Notes under the pieces: generated by a model
What the model was told of the DNA's origin: nothing
Databases searched by the model: none
Seen by the model: only the letters and a program-made list of their open reading frames with translations
Part shown: positions 42,568-51,088 of the stretch, piece after piece
How the letters are laid out: every line of letters begins with the position of its first letter
How positions within the stretch are numbered: position 1 is the first letter of the stretch
Translations under genes and position numbers: made by a program
DNA from: Candidatus Nealsonbacteria bacterium
GTDB lineage: Bacteria > Patescibacteriota > Minisyncoccia > Minisyncoccales > MHMH01
Direction of reading: 5' to 3'
Length of the DNA: 62,277 nt
Assembly (NCBI GenBank): GCA_043813805.1
Contig: JBDRKR010000025.1
Coordinates: forward strand, 1-62,277

Positions 42568-44658
42568 TTATTTACGCTTGCCTTCGACTATTTCTTGAGC
42601 GATATTCTGAGGCACTTCTGCATAATGATCAAACTCCATAGTAAATGTTCCTCGACCCTGGCTCGTTGAACGGATGGCTGTCGCATAGCCGAACATTTCC
42701 GATAAGGGAACCTTGGAATTAATAATTTTAAGACCGCCCGCCCTGTCTTTAGTCTCTTCAATTTTACCTCTCCGCGAAGCCAAATCTCCGATAGCGTCGC
42801 CAAAATATTCTTCGGGCACCGTAACTTCCAGCTTCATAATAGGCTCAAGTAAAATAGGTTTCGCTTTTTTGCAAGCCGCCTGAAATGCCATGGCTCCGGC
42901 AAGCTTAAAAGCAATTTCTGAAGAATCAACCTCGTGATAAGAACCGTCGTATAATGTCGCCTCGATATCAACCAGAGGATACCCGGCAACAATTCCCTTA
43001 TCCATTGACTCTTTAACTCCTTTTTCCGTAGCCGGAATGTATTCTTGAGGAATAACGCCTCCTTTAATTTCATCAACAAATTCAAAACCCGTGCCTCTTT
43101 CTTTGGGTTTCACCCTCAAGTAAACATGGCCGTATTGTCCCTTACCGCCGGACTGTTTGATATATTTGCCCTCAGCTTCCGCCTCAGCTTTAATGGTTTC
43201 CTTATAAGCAACTTGAGGCTGGCCGACATTGGCATCAACCTTAAACTCTCTTTTCATTCTGTCGATAATAATTTCCAAATGCAGTTCTCCCATGCCCGAA
43301 ATAATCATTTCGCCCGTTTCCTGATCGCTCTTCATTTTAAAGGTGGGGTCTTCTTCCGCCAATTTCTTAATGGCCGTGCCCATCTTTTCCTGATCGGCTT
43401 TGGTTTTAGGTTCGATTCTGATACCGATGACCGGCTCGGGAAATACAATTTTTTCCAAAACAACGGGCTTCGCTTCGTCGCATAAGGTATTGCCCGTCGC
43501 AGTGTTTTTCAAACCGACGGTCGCTAAAATATCACCGGCAAACCCCTCATCCAAGTCCTGTCTTTCATCAGCGTGCATTCTTAAAATTCGGCCGATTCTT
43601 TCTCTCTCTCCTGTGATTGAATTTAAAACATAAGAACCCCTGACAAGGGTGCCTGAATAAATACGGAAAAAAGTTAAAGTGCCGACAAACGGGTCGGTCA
43701 TGATTTTAAAAGCTAAGGCCGCAAAGGGCTCCGTATCTTGAGGTTTCCTTTCAACTTCTTCGCCGGTTTTTAAGTCGTGGCATTTCACCGGAGGCACATC
43801 AAGAGGATTGGGCAAATATAAAATCGCTCCGTCCAGTAAGGGCTGTACTCCGATTCTCTTGAATAAAGAGCCCCAGAAAACCGGGAAAATTTTACATGCA
43901 ATGGTCGCTTTTCTCAAACCCTTTCTTAATTCATCAAGCGACAATTCTTCACCGGCTAAATATTTTTCGATCAACGCGTCGTCTTCAGCCGCAATTTTTT
44001 CCACAAGCTTTGACCGCCACTCTTTAGCTTGCTCCATCATTTCCTCGGGAACATCCGTTTCTTGGATGATCTCGCCTTCTACTCCTTCAAATTTCAGCGC
44101 CTTCATTCTTAAAAGATCAATAACACCCGAAAACCCGACTTCCGCTCCGATGGGAATCTGTAAGGGCATAGCCAAGGGCGTCAATCTTTTTCTGATGGAA
44201 TCGAGGTTTGATTCGAAGCTCGCCCCCATTTTGTCCATCTTGTTAACAAAACAAATTCTCGGAACATTGAAGCTGTCCGCTTGGCGCCAAACGGTTTCGG
44301 ATTGGGACTGAACTCCCGCTCCGCCGTCAAAAACTACGATAGCTCCGTCCAAAACCCTTAACGAGCGTTGAACCTCGGCCGTAAAATCAATGTGACCCGG
44401 AGTATCAATAATATTGATCTGGTAACCCTCGCCGTCCACTTTCCAGTACGTGGTAGTCGCAGCCGCCATAATCGTCATGGCTCTTTCCTGCGATTGCACC
44501 ATCCAATCCAAGGGAGTCGTACCTTTTTCCAAAGTGCCGATTTTATGGACTTTGCCCGTATGATATAAAATGCAGGTGCTTGTGGTCGTTTTACCCGCTG
44601 AGATATGGGCAATAATGCCGATGTTGCGATATTTTTCTAGAGGATATTGTCTTGGCAT
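42568..44658 (-). CDS. fusA: elongation factor G
   Basis: AHISAGKTT, DTPGHIDF and NKMD. 696 aa. Confidence 0.97.
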   Translation of the reverse strand: MPRQYPLEKYRNIGIIAHISAGKTTTSTCILYHTGKVHKIGTLEKGTTPLDWMVQSQERAMTIMAAATTTYWKVDGEGYQINIIDTPGHIDFTAEVQRSLRVLDGAIVVFDGGAGVQSQSETVWRQADSFNVPRICFVNKMDKMGASFESNLDSIRKRLTPLAMPLQIPIGAEVGFSGVIDLLRMKALKFEGVEGEIIQETDVPEEMMEQAKEWRSKLVEKIAAEDDALIEKYLAGEELSLDELRKGLRKATIACKIFPVFWGSLFKRIGVQPLLDGAILYLPNPLDVPPVKCHDLKTGEEVERKPQDTEPFAALAFKIMTDPFVGTLTFFRIYSGTLVRGSYVLNSITGERERIGRILRMHADERQDLDEGFAGDILATVGLKNTATGNTLCDEAKPVVLEKIVFPEPVIGIRIEPKTKADQEKMGTAIKKLAEEDPTFKMKSDQETGEMIISGMGELHLEIIIDRMKREFKVDANVGQPQVAYKETIKAEAEAEGKYIKQSGGKGQYGHVYLRVKPKERGTGFEFVDEIKGGVIPQEYIPATEKGVKESMDKGIVAGYPLVDIEATLYDGSYHEVDSSEIAFKLAGAMAFQAACKKAKPILLEPIMKLEVTVPEEYFGDAIGDLASRRGKIEETKDRAGGLKIINSKVPLSEMFGYATAIRSTSQGRGTFTMEFDHYAEVPQNIAQEIVEGKRK

Positions 44659-44663
44659 AAGGA

Positions 44664-45131
44664 TTACCAGGCGAAATGGGCAAAAGCTCGGTTAGCTTCG
44701 GCCATGCGGTGAGTATCATCTTTTTTCTTGATGGCCGAGCCCTCGTTTTTAGCGGCGAGCATCAGCTCTTCGGCTAATTTTTCATGCATCGGCTTGCCTT
44801 TTTTTGATCGGGCGGCGTTAATAATCCACCTGAAAGCCAAAGCAAGTTTTCTCTCTCCCCTGACTTCCCGAGGGACCTGATAAGTCGCCCCACCGACTCT
44901 TTTCGGTTTGATTTCCAATAAAGGAGAGGCGTTTTGAATAGCTAACTCAAAAACTTCTAAAGGTTCTTTCTTAGTTTTTTCTTTAATAATATTAAAAGCC
45001 CGGTAAACGATTTTTTTGGCAATAGTTTTTTTGCCGCGCCTCATGATGTGGTTGATAAGCTTAGACACCATGACGCTCTGGTAAATCGCGTCGGGATTAA
45101 GAATTCTTTTTGTTGTTTTACCTCTAGCCAT
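44664..45131 (-). CDS. rpsG: 30S ribosomal protein S7
   Basis: 155 aa. Called from str operon order. Confidence 0.95.
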   Translation of the reverse strand: MARGKTTKRILNPDAIYQSVMVSKLINHIMRRGKKTIAKKIVYRAFNIIKEKTKKEPLEVFELAIQNASPLLEIKPKRVGGATYQVPREVRGERKLALAFRWIINAARSKKGKPMHEKLAEELMLAAKNEGSAIKKKDDTHRMAEANRAFAHFAW

Positions 45132-45142
45132 ATTAATTCAAG

Positions 45143-45170
45143 ATTATATATTTATACTTTAGCGAATCAA
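45143..45170 (-). promoter_or_regulatory. internal promoter TTGATT-16-TATAAT, 11 nt from the rpsG ATG
   Basis: -10 at 45143-45148 and -35 at 45165-45170. Confidence 0.5.
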
Positions 45171-45173
45171 GGT

Positions 45174-45590
45174 TTATTTTTCTTTAGGTCTCTTAACTCC
45201 GTATCTTGATCTTTCTTGTTTGCGTCCCTCGACTCCCGCCGCATCCAGCATTCCCCTGACAATATGATAACGGACGCCGGGCAAATCCTTGACTCTGCCT
45301 CCCCTGATAACTACCATTGAGTGTTCCTGCAAATTATGGCCTTCACCGGGAATGTAAGCGGTCACCTCCATGCCGTTAGTAAGTCTCACCCTGGCTACTT
45401 TTCTTAAGGCCGAGTTAGGTTTTTTGGGAGTGGTTGTAAAAACTTTCAAACAAACGCCTCTTTTAAAAGGAGAATCGCAATCTTTGGGCGCATTTTTTAA
45501 AACGTTAAAACCAAAACTTAAGGCCGGAGTTTTGTCGGTCCTTATTTTTATCGGTCTTCTTTTTTTCATTAATTGACGAATCGTCGGCAT
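45174..45590 (-). CDS. rpsL: 30S ribosomal protein S12
   Basis: MPTIRQL start and [13 protein letters not shown]. Confidence 0.97.
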   Translation of the reverse strand: MPTIRQLMKKRRPIKIRTDKTPALSFGFNVLKNAPKDCDSPFKRGVCLKVFTTTPKKPNSALRKVARVRLTNGMEVTAYIPGEGHNLQEHSMVVIRGGRVKDLPGVRYHIVRGMLDAAGVEGRKQERSRYGVKRPKEK

Positions 45591-45607
45591 ATGCGAATAA
45601 TATGAGC

Positions 45608-45659
45608 ACCCCGCCCTCTAAGCTTAAGTAATTTGTACATTTAGCATAGAGGGCGGGGT
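45608..45659 (-). other. 13-bp GC-rich stem-loop in the rpsL leader
   Basis: ACCCCGCCCTCTA (45608-45620) pairs with TAGAGGGCGGGGT (45647-45659) around a 26-nt loop. Confidence 0.6.
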
Positions 45660-45743
45660 TCTCGTTGATACTCGAACTTTGTGCTTACGTTATGAGTTTA
45701 ACAAACTCCAAAACAAAAGTCAATATGAAATCATCAACCCCTC

Positions 45744-45769
45744 AAATGAAAGAGACTAAACCTCTTTCA
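45744..45769. repeat. palindromic terminator-like repeat, copy 4 (degenerate)
   Basis: aaatgaaagagactaaacctctttca. Confidence 0.7.
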
Positions 45770-45789
45770 CTTACACTGTTGAGTCTGTT

Positions 45790-46467
45790 TTATATTACGG
45801 TGAGGAGATAATACAAATAGGCAGCGGCTTGAAAAATGTAATTAATGCCGCCCAGAAACATAAGAGCCAAAAGAATAAAAAGGCCGTACTGATGCAAAAA
45901 CAGTTTAAGGCTGCCGAACTGCTCCGGCAAAAAAGTAAAAAGAATATGCGAGCCGTCAAACGGCGGAATCGGCAGTAAATTAAATAATGCCCAAGCGAAA
46001 TTATAAATCACAATAATGCTGAAAAGCGCCAGGGTTGTTTCGGGTAAGGTTACAAATCTTATTAAAAGGCCAAAAATCACAGCCAAGGAAAAATTAGCCA
46101 GAGGCCCGGCTAAAGAAACCTTGAGCATCCCCCATTTCTGGTCCCGCAGATTATAGGGATTTATAGGCACGGGCTTAGCCCAGCCGATAATAAACGGGCT
46201 TCTCATTAAAACCAATAAACAGGGTAAAATAATTGTTCCGAAAAGATCAATGTGTTTTAAGGGATTTAACGTCAGACGGCCGGCATATTTTGCCGTACTA
46301 TCCCCTAGCCTTAAAGCCATGCTGCCGTGGGCAACCTCGTGCAGAATAACTGAAAAAAGAAGAACGATCAAAGAAAAAATAGTAATTGACATCAAGATAA
46401 TTCTATCATGGCTTGAAAAAATAAGGAAACGTGCTAAGATATCGTTATATGTCAAGAATTTGTTCAA
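45790..46467 (-). CDS. site-2 protease family (M50) membrane metalloprotease
   Basis: HEVAHG motif and multiple TM helices. The start may be Met26 (46392). Confidence 0.75.
   Translation of the reverse strand: MNKFLTYNDILARFLIFSSHDRIILMSITIFSLIVLLFSVILHEVAHGSMALRLGDSTAKYAGRLTLNPLKHIDLFGTIILPCLLVLMRSPFIIGWAKPVPINPYNLRDQKWGMLKVSLAGPLANFSLAVIFGLLIRFVTLPETTLALFSIIVIYNFAWALFNLLPIPPFDGSHILFTFLPEQFGSLKLFLHQYGLFILLALMFLGGINYIFQAAAYLYYLLTVI
46413..46440 (+). promoter_or_regulatory. promoter TTGAAA-16-TAAGAT, 8 nt from the rpmB ATG
   Basis: -35 at 46413-46418 and -10 at 46435-46440. Confidence 0.45.
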
Positions 46468-46637
46468 TTTGCGGGAAAACCGGCATAATGGTTCAGAAGC
46501 TGGTAAAGCTTCGTGGAAAATTCAATCCGACCATTAAAAAAAGAAAACACCCAAATCTTCAATTGGTGACTTTGGTTTCGGGCAAAAAAGTTAAAGCCTG
46601 CGCTAAATGCATCAAGGCAATGGGAAAAAATAAATAA
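46449..46637 (+). CDS. rpmB: 50S ribosomal protein L28
   Basis: MSRICSICGKTG...KRKHPNLQ. Start placed at Met7 of the ORF. Confidence 0.8.
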   Translation: MSRICSICGKTGIMVQKLVKLRGKFNPTIKKRKHPNLQLVTLVSGKKVKACAKCIKAMGKNK

Positions 46638-46642
46638 TTTCC

Positions 46643-46714
46643 CGGAGTGTAGTATAACGGCCATTATGCAGGGCTGGGGGTCCTGTGACCTGGGTTCAAC
46701 TCCCAGCACTCCGA
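46643..46714 (+). tRNA. tRNA-Pro (GGG)
   Basis: 72-nt cloverleaf. Acceptor is CGGAGTG/CACTCCG, anticodon loop CTGGGGG, T-arm CTGGG-TTCAACT-CCCAG. Confidence 0.85.
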
Positions 46715-46727
46715 ATTTGAGCGTAAA

Positions 46728-46757
46728 ACAAAAAAACCGAATTACTCGGTTTTTTTG
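46728..46757. terminator. bidirectional terminator
   Basis: AAAAAACCGA-ATTAC-TCGGTTTTTT. Confidence 0.65.
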
Positions 46758-46772
46758 TTCGCCCTGCGCCGC

Positions 46773-47780
46773 TTAAAGATGCAAAACGTCAACCATCTGT
46801 TTGATCAAAGAAACCACCACGGGCGGCGGCATCAAACTGTAAGCCGCTCTCTTTTGATCATCCCAAACTATCCAGCGCTTTTCTTTGACCATAACTTTTT
46901 GGCCGTCCCATTCGTAATCGTATTCCGGCGTAATTTCGTAATCATCGAGGTAATCATCGGCAACGGACTTGGGCACAGAATTCCTTAAAAAAACCTTGGG
47001 AATCCCGTAAAGTGCGGCAGCCTGCTCGAGTAGCTGGCCGTCTTTTTGCAATCTTTCTTTAATGGGGGCAATCCCCTTCTCGTCACCCTCTTTTGGTACC
47101 ATACGGGGACCGGTACAGGCCGGATTGTCGCAATTCAAATAAAATTCTTTTTTCTTCGGATCATAGCCCACTTTGGAAGTCGGCAATAATTTAACACTGC
47201 GCGAGGTCTGACATTTGGGACAGACCCTCCGATATTTTATCCTCTCATCAATTACCGCCTCGGGCACGTCAATTAAAACGAAAACGTCGGGGTCATCTCT
47301 ATAGCCGACCAGATCACGGAAAAACAAGGTAAGATTCATCTGGTCCAAATCTCTCGGAAATCCATCGATGAAAATAGTTTTCTTGGGACGCTTCGCAATC
47401 TCTCTTTTGACCAAAAGTAAAATTAATTCGGTCGGCAAAAGATTCTTGGTGCTTCTTTTTTCCAGACCCGCCATAATTTCGCGGGAAGAGGTCCAGCCGC
47501 GATAATTCTTTTCTAAAAATTTAACCAGCTCTATTTTCTTTTTTCTATCCTTAAGCTCCTGGTCAATATTCCTGATCATGTCGCCGATGGAAAAATGCTC
47601 GATGGACTTTGGGTCAACGATTTCGGCAAACATTTTAGCGTACGTCCCCTTGCCCGAGTTCTTCTTGCCCAATAAGTATGCGATGAAAGTATTGCCTTTT
47701 TCAAAATAATTCCTGAGCTTTGCTATTTCCTTGCCCGCCTTCAATTCAAAATACTTTTTGCGCACTTCGGGATCATTCAT
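46773..47780 (-). CDS. adenylate-kinase-family protein with an N-terminal extension and Cys-rich lid
   Basis: P-loop GKKNSGKGTYA and lid CPKCQ...CDNPAC. Start placed at Met19 to avoid overlapping the upstream gene. Confidence 0.6.
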   Translation of the reverse strand: MNDPEVRKKYFELKAGKEIAKLRNYFEKGNTFIAYLLGKKNSGKGTYAKMFAEIVDPKSIEHFSIGDMIRNIDQELKDRKKKIELVKFLEKNYRGWTSSREIMAGLEKRSTKNLLPTELILLLVKREIAKRPKKTIFIDGFPRDLDQMNLTLFFRDLVGYRDDPDVFVLIDVPEAVIDERIKYRRVCPKCQTSRSVKLLPTSKVGYDPKKKEFYLNCDNPACTGPRMVPKEGDEKGIAPIKERLQKDGQLLEQAAALYGIPKVFLRNSVPKSVADDYLDDYEITPEYDYEWDGQKVMVKEKRWIVWDDQKRAAYSLMPPPVVVSLIKQMVDVLHL

Positions 47781-47794
47781 GTCGAATTTCTGAT

Positions 47795-48667
47795 TCAGTC
47801 CCCGGATTTTAGTTTTAAAGATTGGGAATTGCATAAAATTTTAATATCGCCGTTAAGATCGGTTCTAAGAATACTTGTACCATAATTTTCCAGAATAGCC
47901 AAAGTTTCAGCGTGAGGATGGCCGTATTTATTGTCTTTTCCCGCGGAAATTACGGCCACTGAAGGCGAGACTGCCCCGATAAACTCCTGGGAATTAGAAT
48001 TCTTACTGCCATGATGGCCGACCTTTAAAACATCTGAATCGACTTCTGCTCCCCCTTTAACCAATTCTCGCTCAACTGATTGGTAAGCATCGCCGGTAAA
48101 TAAGAAGCTGTTTTCACCGTAAACCAAACGGGCGACGATCGAAGTATTGTTGGTATTGCTTACTTCTCTGCCTTCTAAACTCTCAAACGGATACAGTATA
48201 TTGAGGTCGTACCTCCCGCTGGAGGTCCGACCTCCAGAAATCCGTAATCCAGTTTGGGCAAGATAGATATTGGCACCTTCAGCGGCAATCAGCTTCTGCC
48301 ACTCTTGGCATTCGGCGGTCTCGCACAAAACTCCGGTCCATAAGATGTTTTGAACCTCGTATCTTTTTAAAACTTCGATCAATCCGGCAATGTGGTCAAA
48401 ATCCGGATGAGTTAAAACAATTAAATCCAACGTTCTGTCCCAAAAAGGCATCTCATTGCCCAACTTCTCCAAAATGACAGAGGATAACCCTCCGTCGATC
48501 AAAATCTGGTGGCCTTCTGGCGTCTCAATAAAAATTGCGTCTCCCTGGCCCACGTCAAAAAAAGTAACCTCAAGATTCGCGTGGCTTAATTGAAAAACCC
48601 CAATCCACGCCAAAACATTCAAACCAATCAAAACTCCCAGAACGATAAAAACGAAGTTCTTCTGCAT
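47795..48667 (-). CDS. ComEC-type metallo-beta-lactamase domain protein
   Basis: FFDVGQGDA and THPDFDHIAG. Has an N-terminal TM helix. Confidence 0.75.
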   Translation of the reverse strand: MQKNFVFIVLGVLIGLNVLAWIGVFQLSHANLEVTFFDVGQGDAIFIETPEGHQILIDGGLSSVILEKLGNEMPFWDRTLDLIVLTHPDFDHIAGLIEVLKRYEVQNILWTGVLCETAECQEWQKLIAAEGANIYLAQTGLRISGGRTSSGRYDLNILYPFESLEGREVSNTNNTSIVARLVYGENSFLFTGDAYQSVERELVKGGAEVDSDVLKVGHHGSKNSNSQEFIGAVSPSVAVISAGKDNKYGHPHAETLAILENYGTSILRTDLNGDIKILCNSQSLKLKSGD

Positions 48668-48702
48668 AAACTTAGCTTACCATGATATAGCTCCATAAAA
48701 AC

Positions 48703-48730
48703 TTGACAAATCGTTATAATGTAATAAAAT
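48703..48730 (+). promoter_or_regulatory. promoter TTGACA-16-TAAAAT
   Basis: SD AGGAGGG follows at 48758-48764. Confidence 0.5.
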
Positions 48731-48768
48731 ATGGAATTACGCAGTTGTTTTAAAATTAGGAGGGATAG

Positions 48769-49341
48769 ATGTTCAGAGGAATAGGAGAAGCTAACGAGAG
48801 GGGTTTCGTTATTGTCGACACTAAAAGGTATATTACACTGCAAACAGAACACTATTCTGATGGTAAAATAAAGGGGAAAACGGTAGTATCCACTTACGAT
48901 CTACGACTTGTTTACGGCGGCATGTTTTTCTGGGGACTGATCACGGGCCTTCTTTTGCGCCATTTCATCGGGCCACTGCCATTAATACAATCTGTAAGTA
49001 TTATCGCTTTTTCGAATTTAATTTTCTGCTTATCGATTACCCGCGGACCGATTTACTACCACGATTTAATATTTGTGCTGCAAACTTTAAGAAATAAAGA
49101 ATTATTGGAATGGCACGGTTGCGAACATAAAGTAGTTATATTGCTTCGTTGTGGGTTAGACCCGACGATTGAAAATCTCCGGCAGATTTCCCGAATTCAA
49201 CCTGGCTGCGGATTCGTCAAATTATGGCCCAACATAACCCAGCGTTTTTTCACCACGAGAGAACCGGACTCCTGCAAACTTGAAGCGGGACTCAGGTTAG
49301 CCAGAGAATACTACAAAATTACAAAAGGCTCAGTCAAATAG
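48769..49341 (+). CDS. membrane protein with a DUF1385-like HGxEHK...PxCG motif
   Basis: 190 aa with WHGCEHKVV...ENLRQISRIQPGCG. Confidence 0.45.
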   Translation: MFRGIGEANERGFVIVDTKRYITLQTEHYSDGKIKGKTVVSTYDLRLVYGGMFFWGLITGLLLRHFIGPLPLIQSVSIIAFSNLIFCLSITRGPIYYHDLIFVLQTLRNKELLEWHGCEHKVVILLRCGLDPTIENLRQISRIQPGCGFVKLWPNITQRFFTTREPDSCKLEAGLRLAREYYKITKGSVK

Positions 49342-49386
49342 GACTGGGCCTTTCTGTTTGCATAAAGAGTTCCGGAAACCTTCAAA

Positions 49387-49542
49387 CTACGCCTTGCCCA
49401 TGATGCGGAACATTTTGGTGCCGCATTTGGGGCAAGTGCCGGTCATGGCTTTTCTCGCCACTCCCCCCTTGCCCTTCATTTCCACCTCTTTCGCATTAGA
49501 TATTTCTTGCTTCTGCTTACATTTGACGCAATATCCTTCCAT
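49387..49542 (-). CDS. small zinc-ribbon protein (DUF5679-like)
   Basis: Hand translation gives MEGYCVKCKQKQEISNAKEVEMKGKGGVARKAMTGTCPKCGTKMFRIMGKA (51 aa). Not in the ORF track. Confidence 0.6.
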   Translation of the reverse strand: MEGYCVKCKQKQEISNAKEVEMKGKGGVARKAMTGTCPKCGTKMFRIMGKA

Positions 49543-49617
49543 AATAATGTTTTTGGTTAAAACTCTGTTAACCGACCTTTGGCTGGTTCCTATTGTCTTA
49601 TCCTATCGCAATTTCCC

Positions 49618-49893
49618 CTATGAAGCAAACAGGCTCATCAGCCCTTTCAATCCAACGAGTCCGGCGACGATAAAAAGAAGAATGGGCGGCAAGCTGAAAA
49701 ATAAGCTCAAAATCAATAAAATCCCTCCAATGATATCAAATAAGCTCCCGATATCCATTAAAAAGATCAGGGATTTTAAAATGAGATAAACTGCGATACC
49801 AATAATCAATCCTTGGGGAAGAGGCAGATTGTAAGCTATACCCACCAAAAGCCCGGCGCCCAAAAGATCTAATATTCCTAAAATTTGAATCAT
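49618..49893 (-). CDS. small hydrophobic membrane protein
   Basis: 91 aa with 3 TM helices. Confidence 0.5.
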   Translation of the reverse strand: MIQILGILDLLGAGLLVGIAYNLPLPQGLIIGIAVYLILKSLIFLMDIGSLFDIIGGILLILSLFFSLPPILLFIVAGLVGLKGLMSLFAS

Positions 49894-49894
49894 T

Positions 49895-51046
49895 TTAATG
49901 AAAAACCAATAATTCCGGCTTAAAAATTAATACGGCCCCTAAAATCAAAATCAAGACTCCGGCGACCAAAGTCGAATAGCGGTTGTACTTATCGGAGAAA
50001 TGAAAATGACTGAGCGTGAAAAAAGCAAAACCGAAAACGATCAAATCGTCGAGCATGTAAAATAAGTTGTAAAAAGCGAGGTAAAGATAATATTGGAGGG
50101 TACCGATGCCCTGAGCGGACAAAATCCTGGTATAAATTACCGGGAAGCCGGCCGAACAGAAAAACTCAATAAGGTTGACGCCAAAAGCCAAAATCACGAC
50201 TCCTAAAACTGTGGTAGGTATGGCCGATGGTTTTAAAATATTCTTCATCCGCTGCATAATCTTCCCCTCCTTTTTCTCATCAACAACCTTGCAAACCCCG
50301 GGCTTCCAGGTGATAAAATCGCGGATCCGCCAAACTCCGAAGGCAATGCCAAAAACTCCTATTAAAATCCTGCTCAAAGAAACGAAACTCATCATTAAGA
50401 GCGCATTCAGCCAGGCGGCCATAAAAAGGAAATAAAGCAGTCCTTCGACGAAAATGAAAATTCCGCCCACTAATGCTATCTTTTTGCGAGATTTGGTTGC
50501 AAGCAGCAGGGAAATCAAAACAACCAGAACCCACATAGCGCAAGGATTAAATCCGTCCAATGTCCCTAAAACCGCAGTCAAAAGGGGCAAAGAAATATTT
50601 TGAGCGTCGATCTCGCCTAAAAGAGGAACTTTAAATTTCGGAGAAGTCGCCTCTCCCCCGGCCAAACACGCAACCAAACAGCTTTCGATATCCTGACCGA
50701 TTTGTTCGTTAAAACCGATGAAATATCTGGTCTGCGTGAAAGTGGCGGGCACAAAACCCTGCTCTCTTTCGGGCACGCTGTATTTTTGATAAAAATCCCG
50801 CAGGAGCGCTTGGTTTTCCGCAGATCCGGTGACTTCGTATGATTTAATTTCAATCGCCGGATATCTTTCTTGAAGATTCTCTAGAAATTCTTTTTCAGCA
50901 GCGCAGTGCGGGCAGGTCGAACTGTAAAAAAAATCAATCTGAGCCGCAATAGGAGCTATTGAGGTGGCTGAAACCTCGCTGAAGCCAAAAACGCCCGAAA
51001 CCAGGCATAAAACAAAAATGGGAATAATCCATTTTTTCATATTCAT
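49895..51046 (-). CDS. thioredoxin-like (CPHC) domain fused to a CcdA/DsbD-like membrane domain
   Basis: Signal peptide, STCPHC, then 6 TM helices with the FNPCA motif. Confidence 0.6.
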   Translation of the reverse strand: MNMKKWIIPIFVLCLVSGVFGFSEVSATSIAPIAAQIDFFYSSTCPHCAAEKEFLENLQERYPAIEIKSYEVTGSAENQALLRDFYQKYSVPEREQGFVPATFTQTRYFIGFNEQIGQDIESCLVACLAGGEATSPKFKVPLLGEIDAQNISLPLLTAVLGTLDGFNPCAMWVLVVLISLLLATKSRKKIALVGGIFIFVEGLLYFLFMAAWLNALLMMSFVSLSRILIGVFGIAFGVWRIRDFITWKPGVCKVVDEKKEGKIMQRMKNILKPSAIPTTVLGVVILAFGVNLIEFFCSAGFPVIYTRILSAQGIGTLQYYLYLAFYNLFYMLDDLIVFGFAFFTLSHFHFSDKYNRYSTLVAGVLILILGAVLIFKPELLVFH

Positions 51047-51088
51047 AAACTATTTTACCTTAATTATTAAAAAGAGTATAGCGCTTCC

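Noticed and set aside
46464-46709. 81-aa minus-strand ORF.
   Set aside because: It overlaps rpmB and tRNA-Pro on the opposite strand.
48709-48720. TATAAT hexamer at 48715-48720 as the -10 of the 48769 gene.
   Set aside because: It lies only 6 nt from the TTGACA box. TAAAAT at 48725-48730 gives a workable 16-nt spacer.
49358-49789. 143-aa plus-strand ORF.
   Set aside because: It overlaps two better-supported minus-strand genes, the 51-aa CxxC zinc-ribbon protein and the 91-aa membrane protein. It starts with TTG and has no SD.
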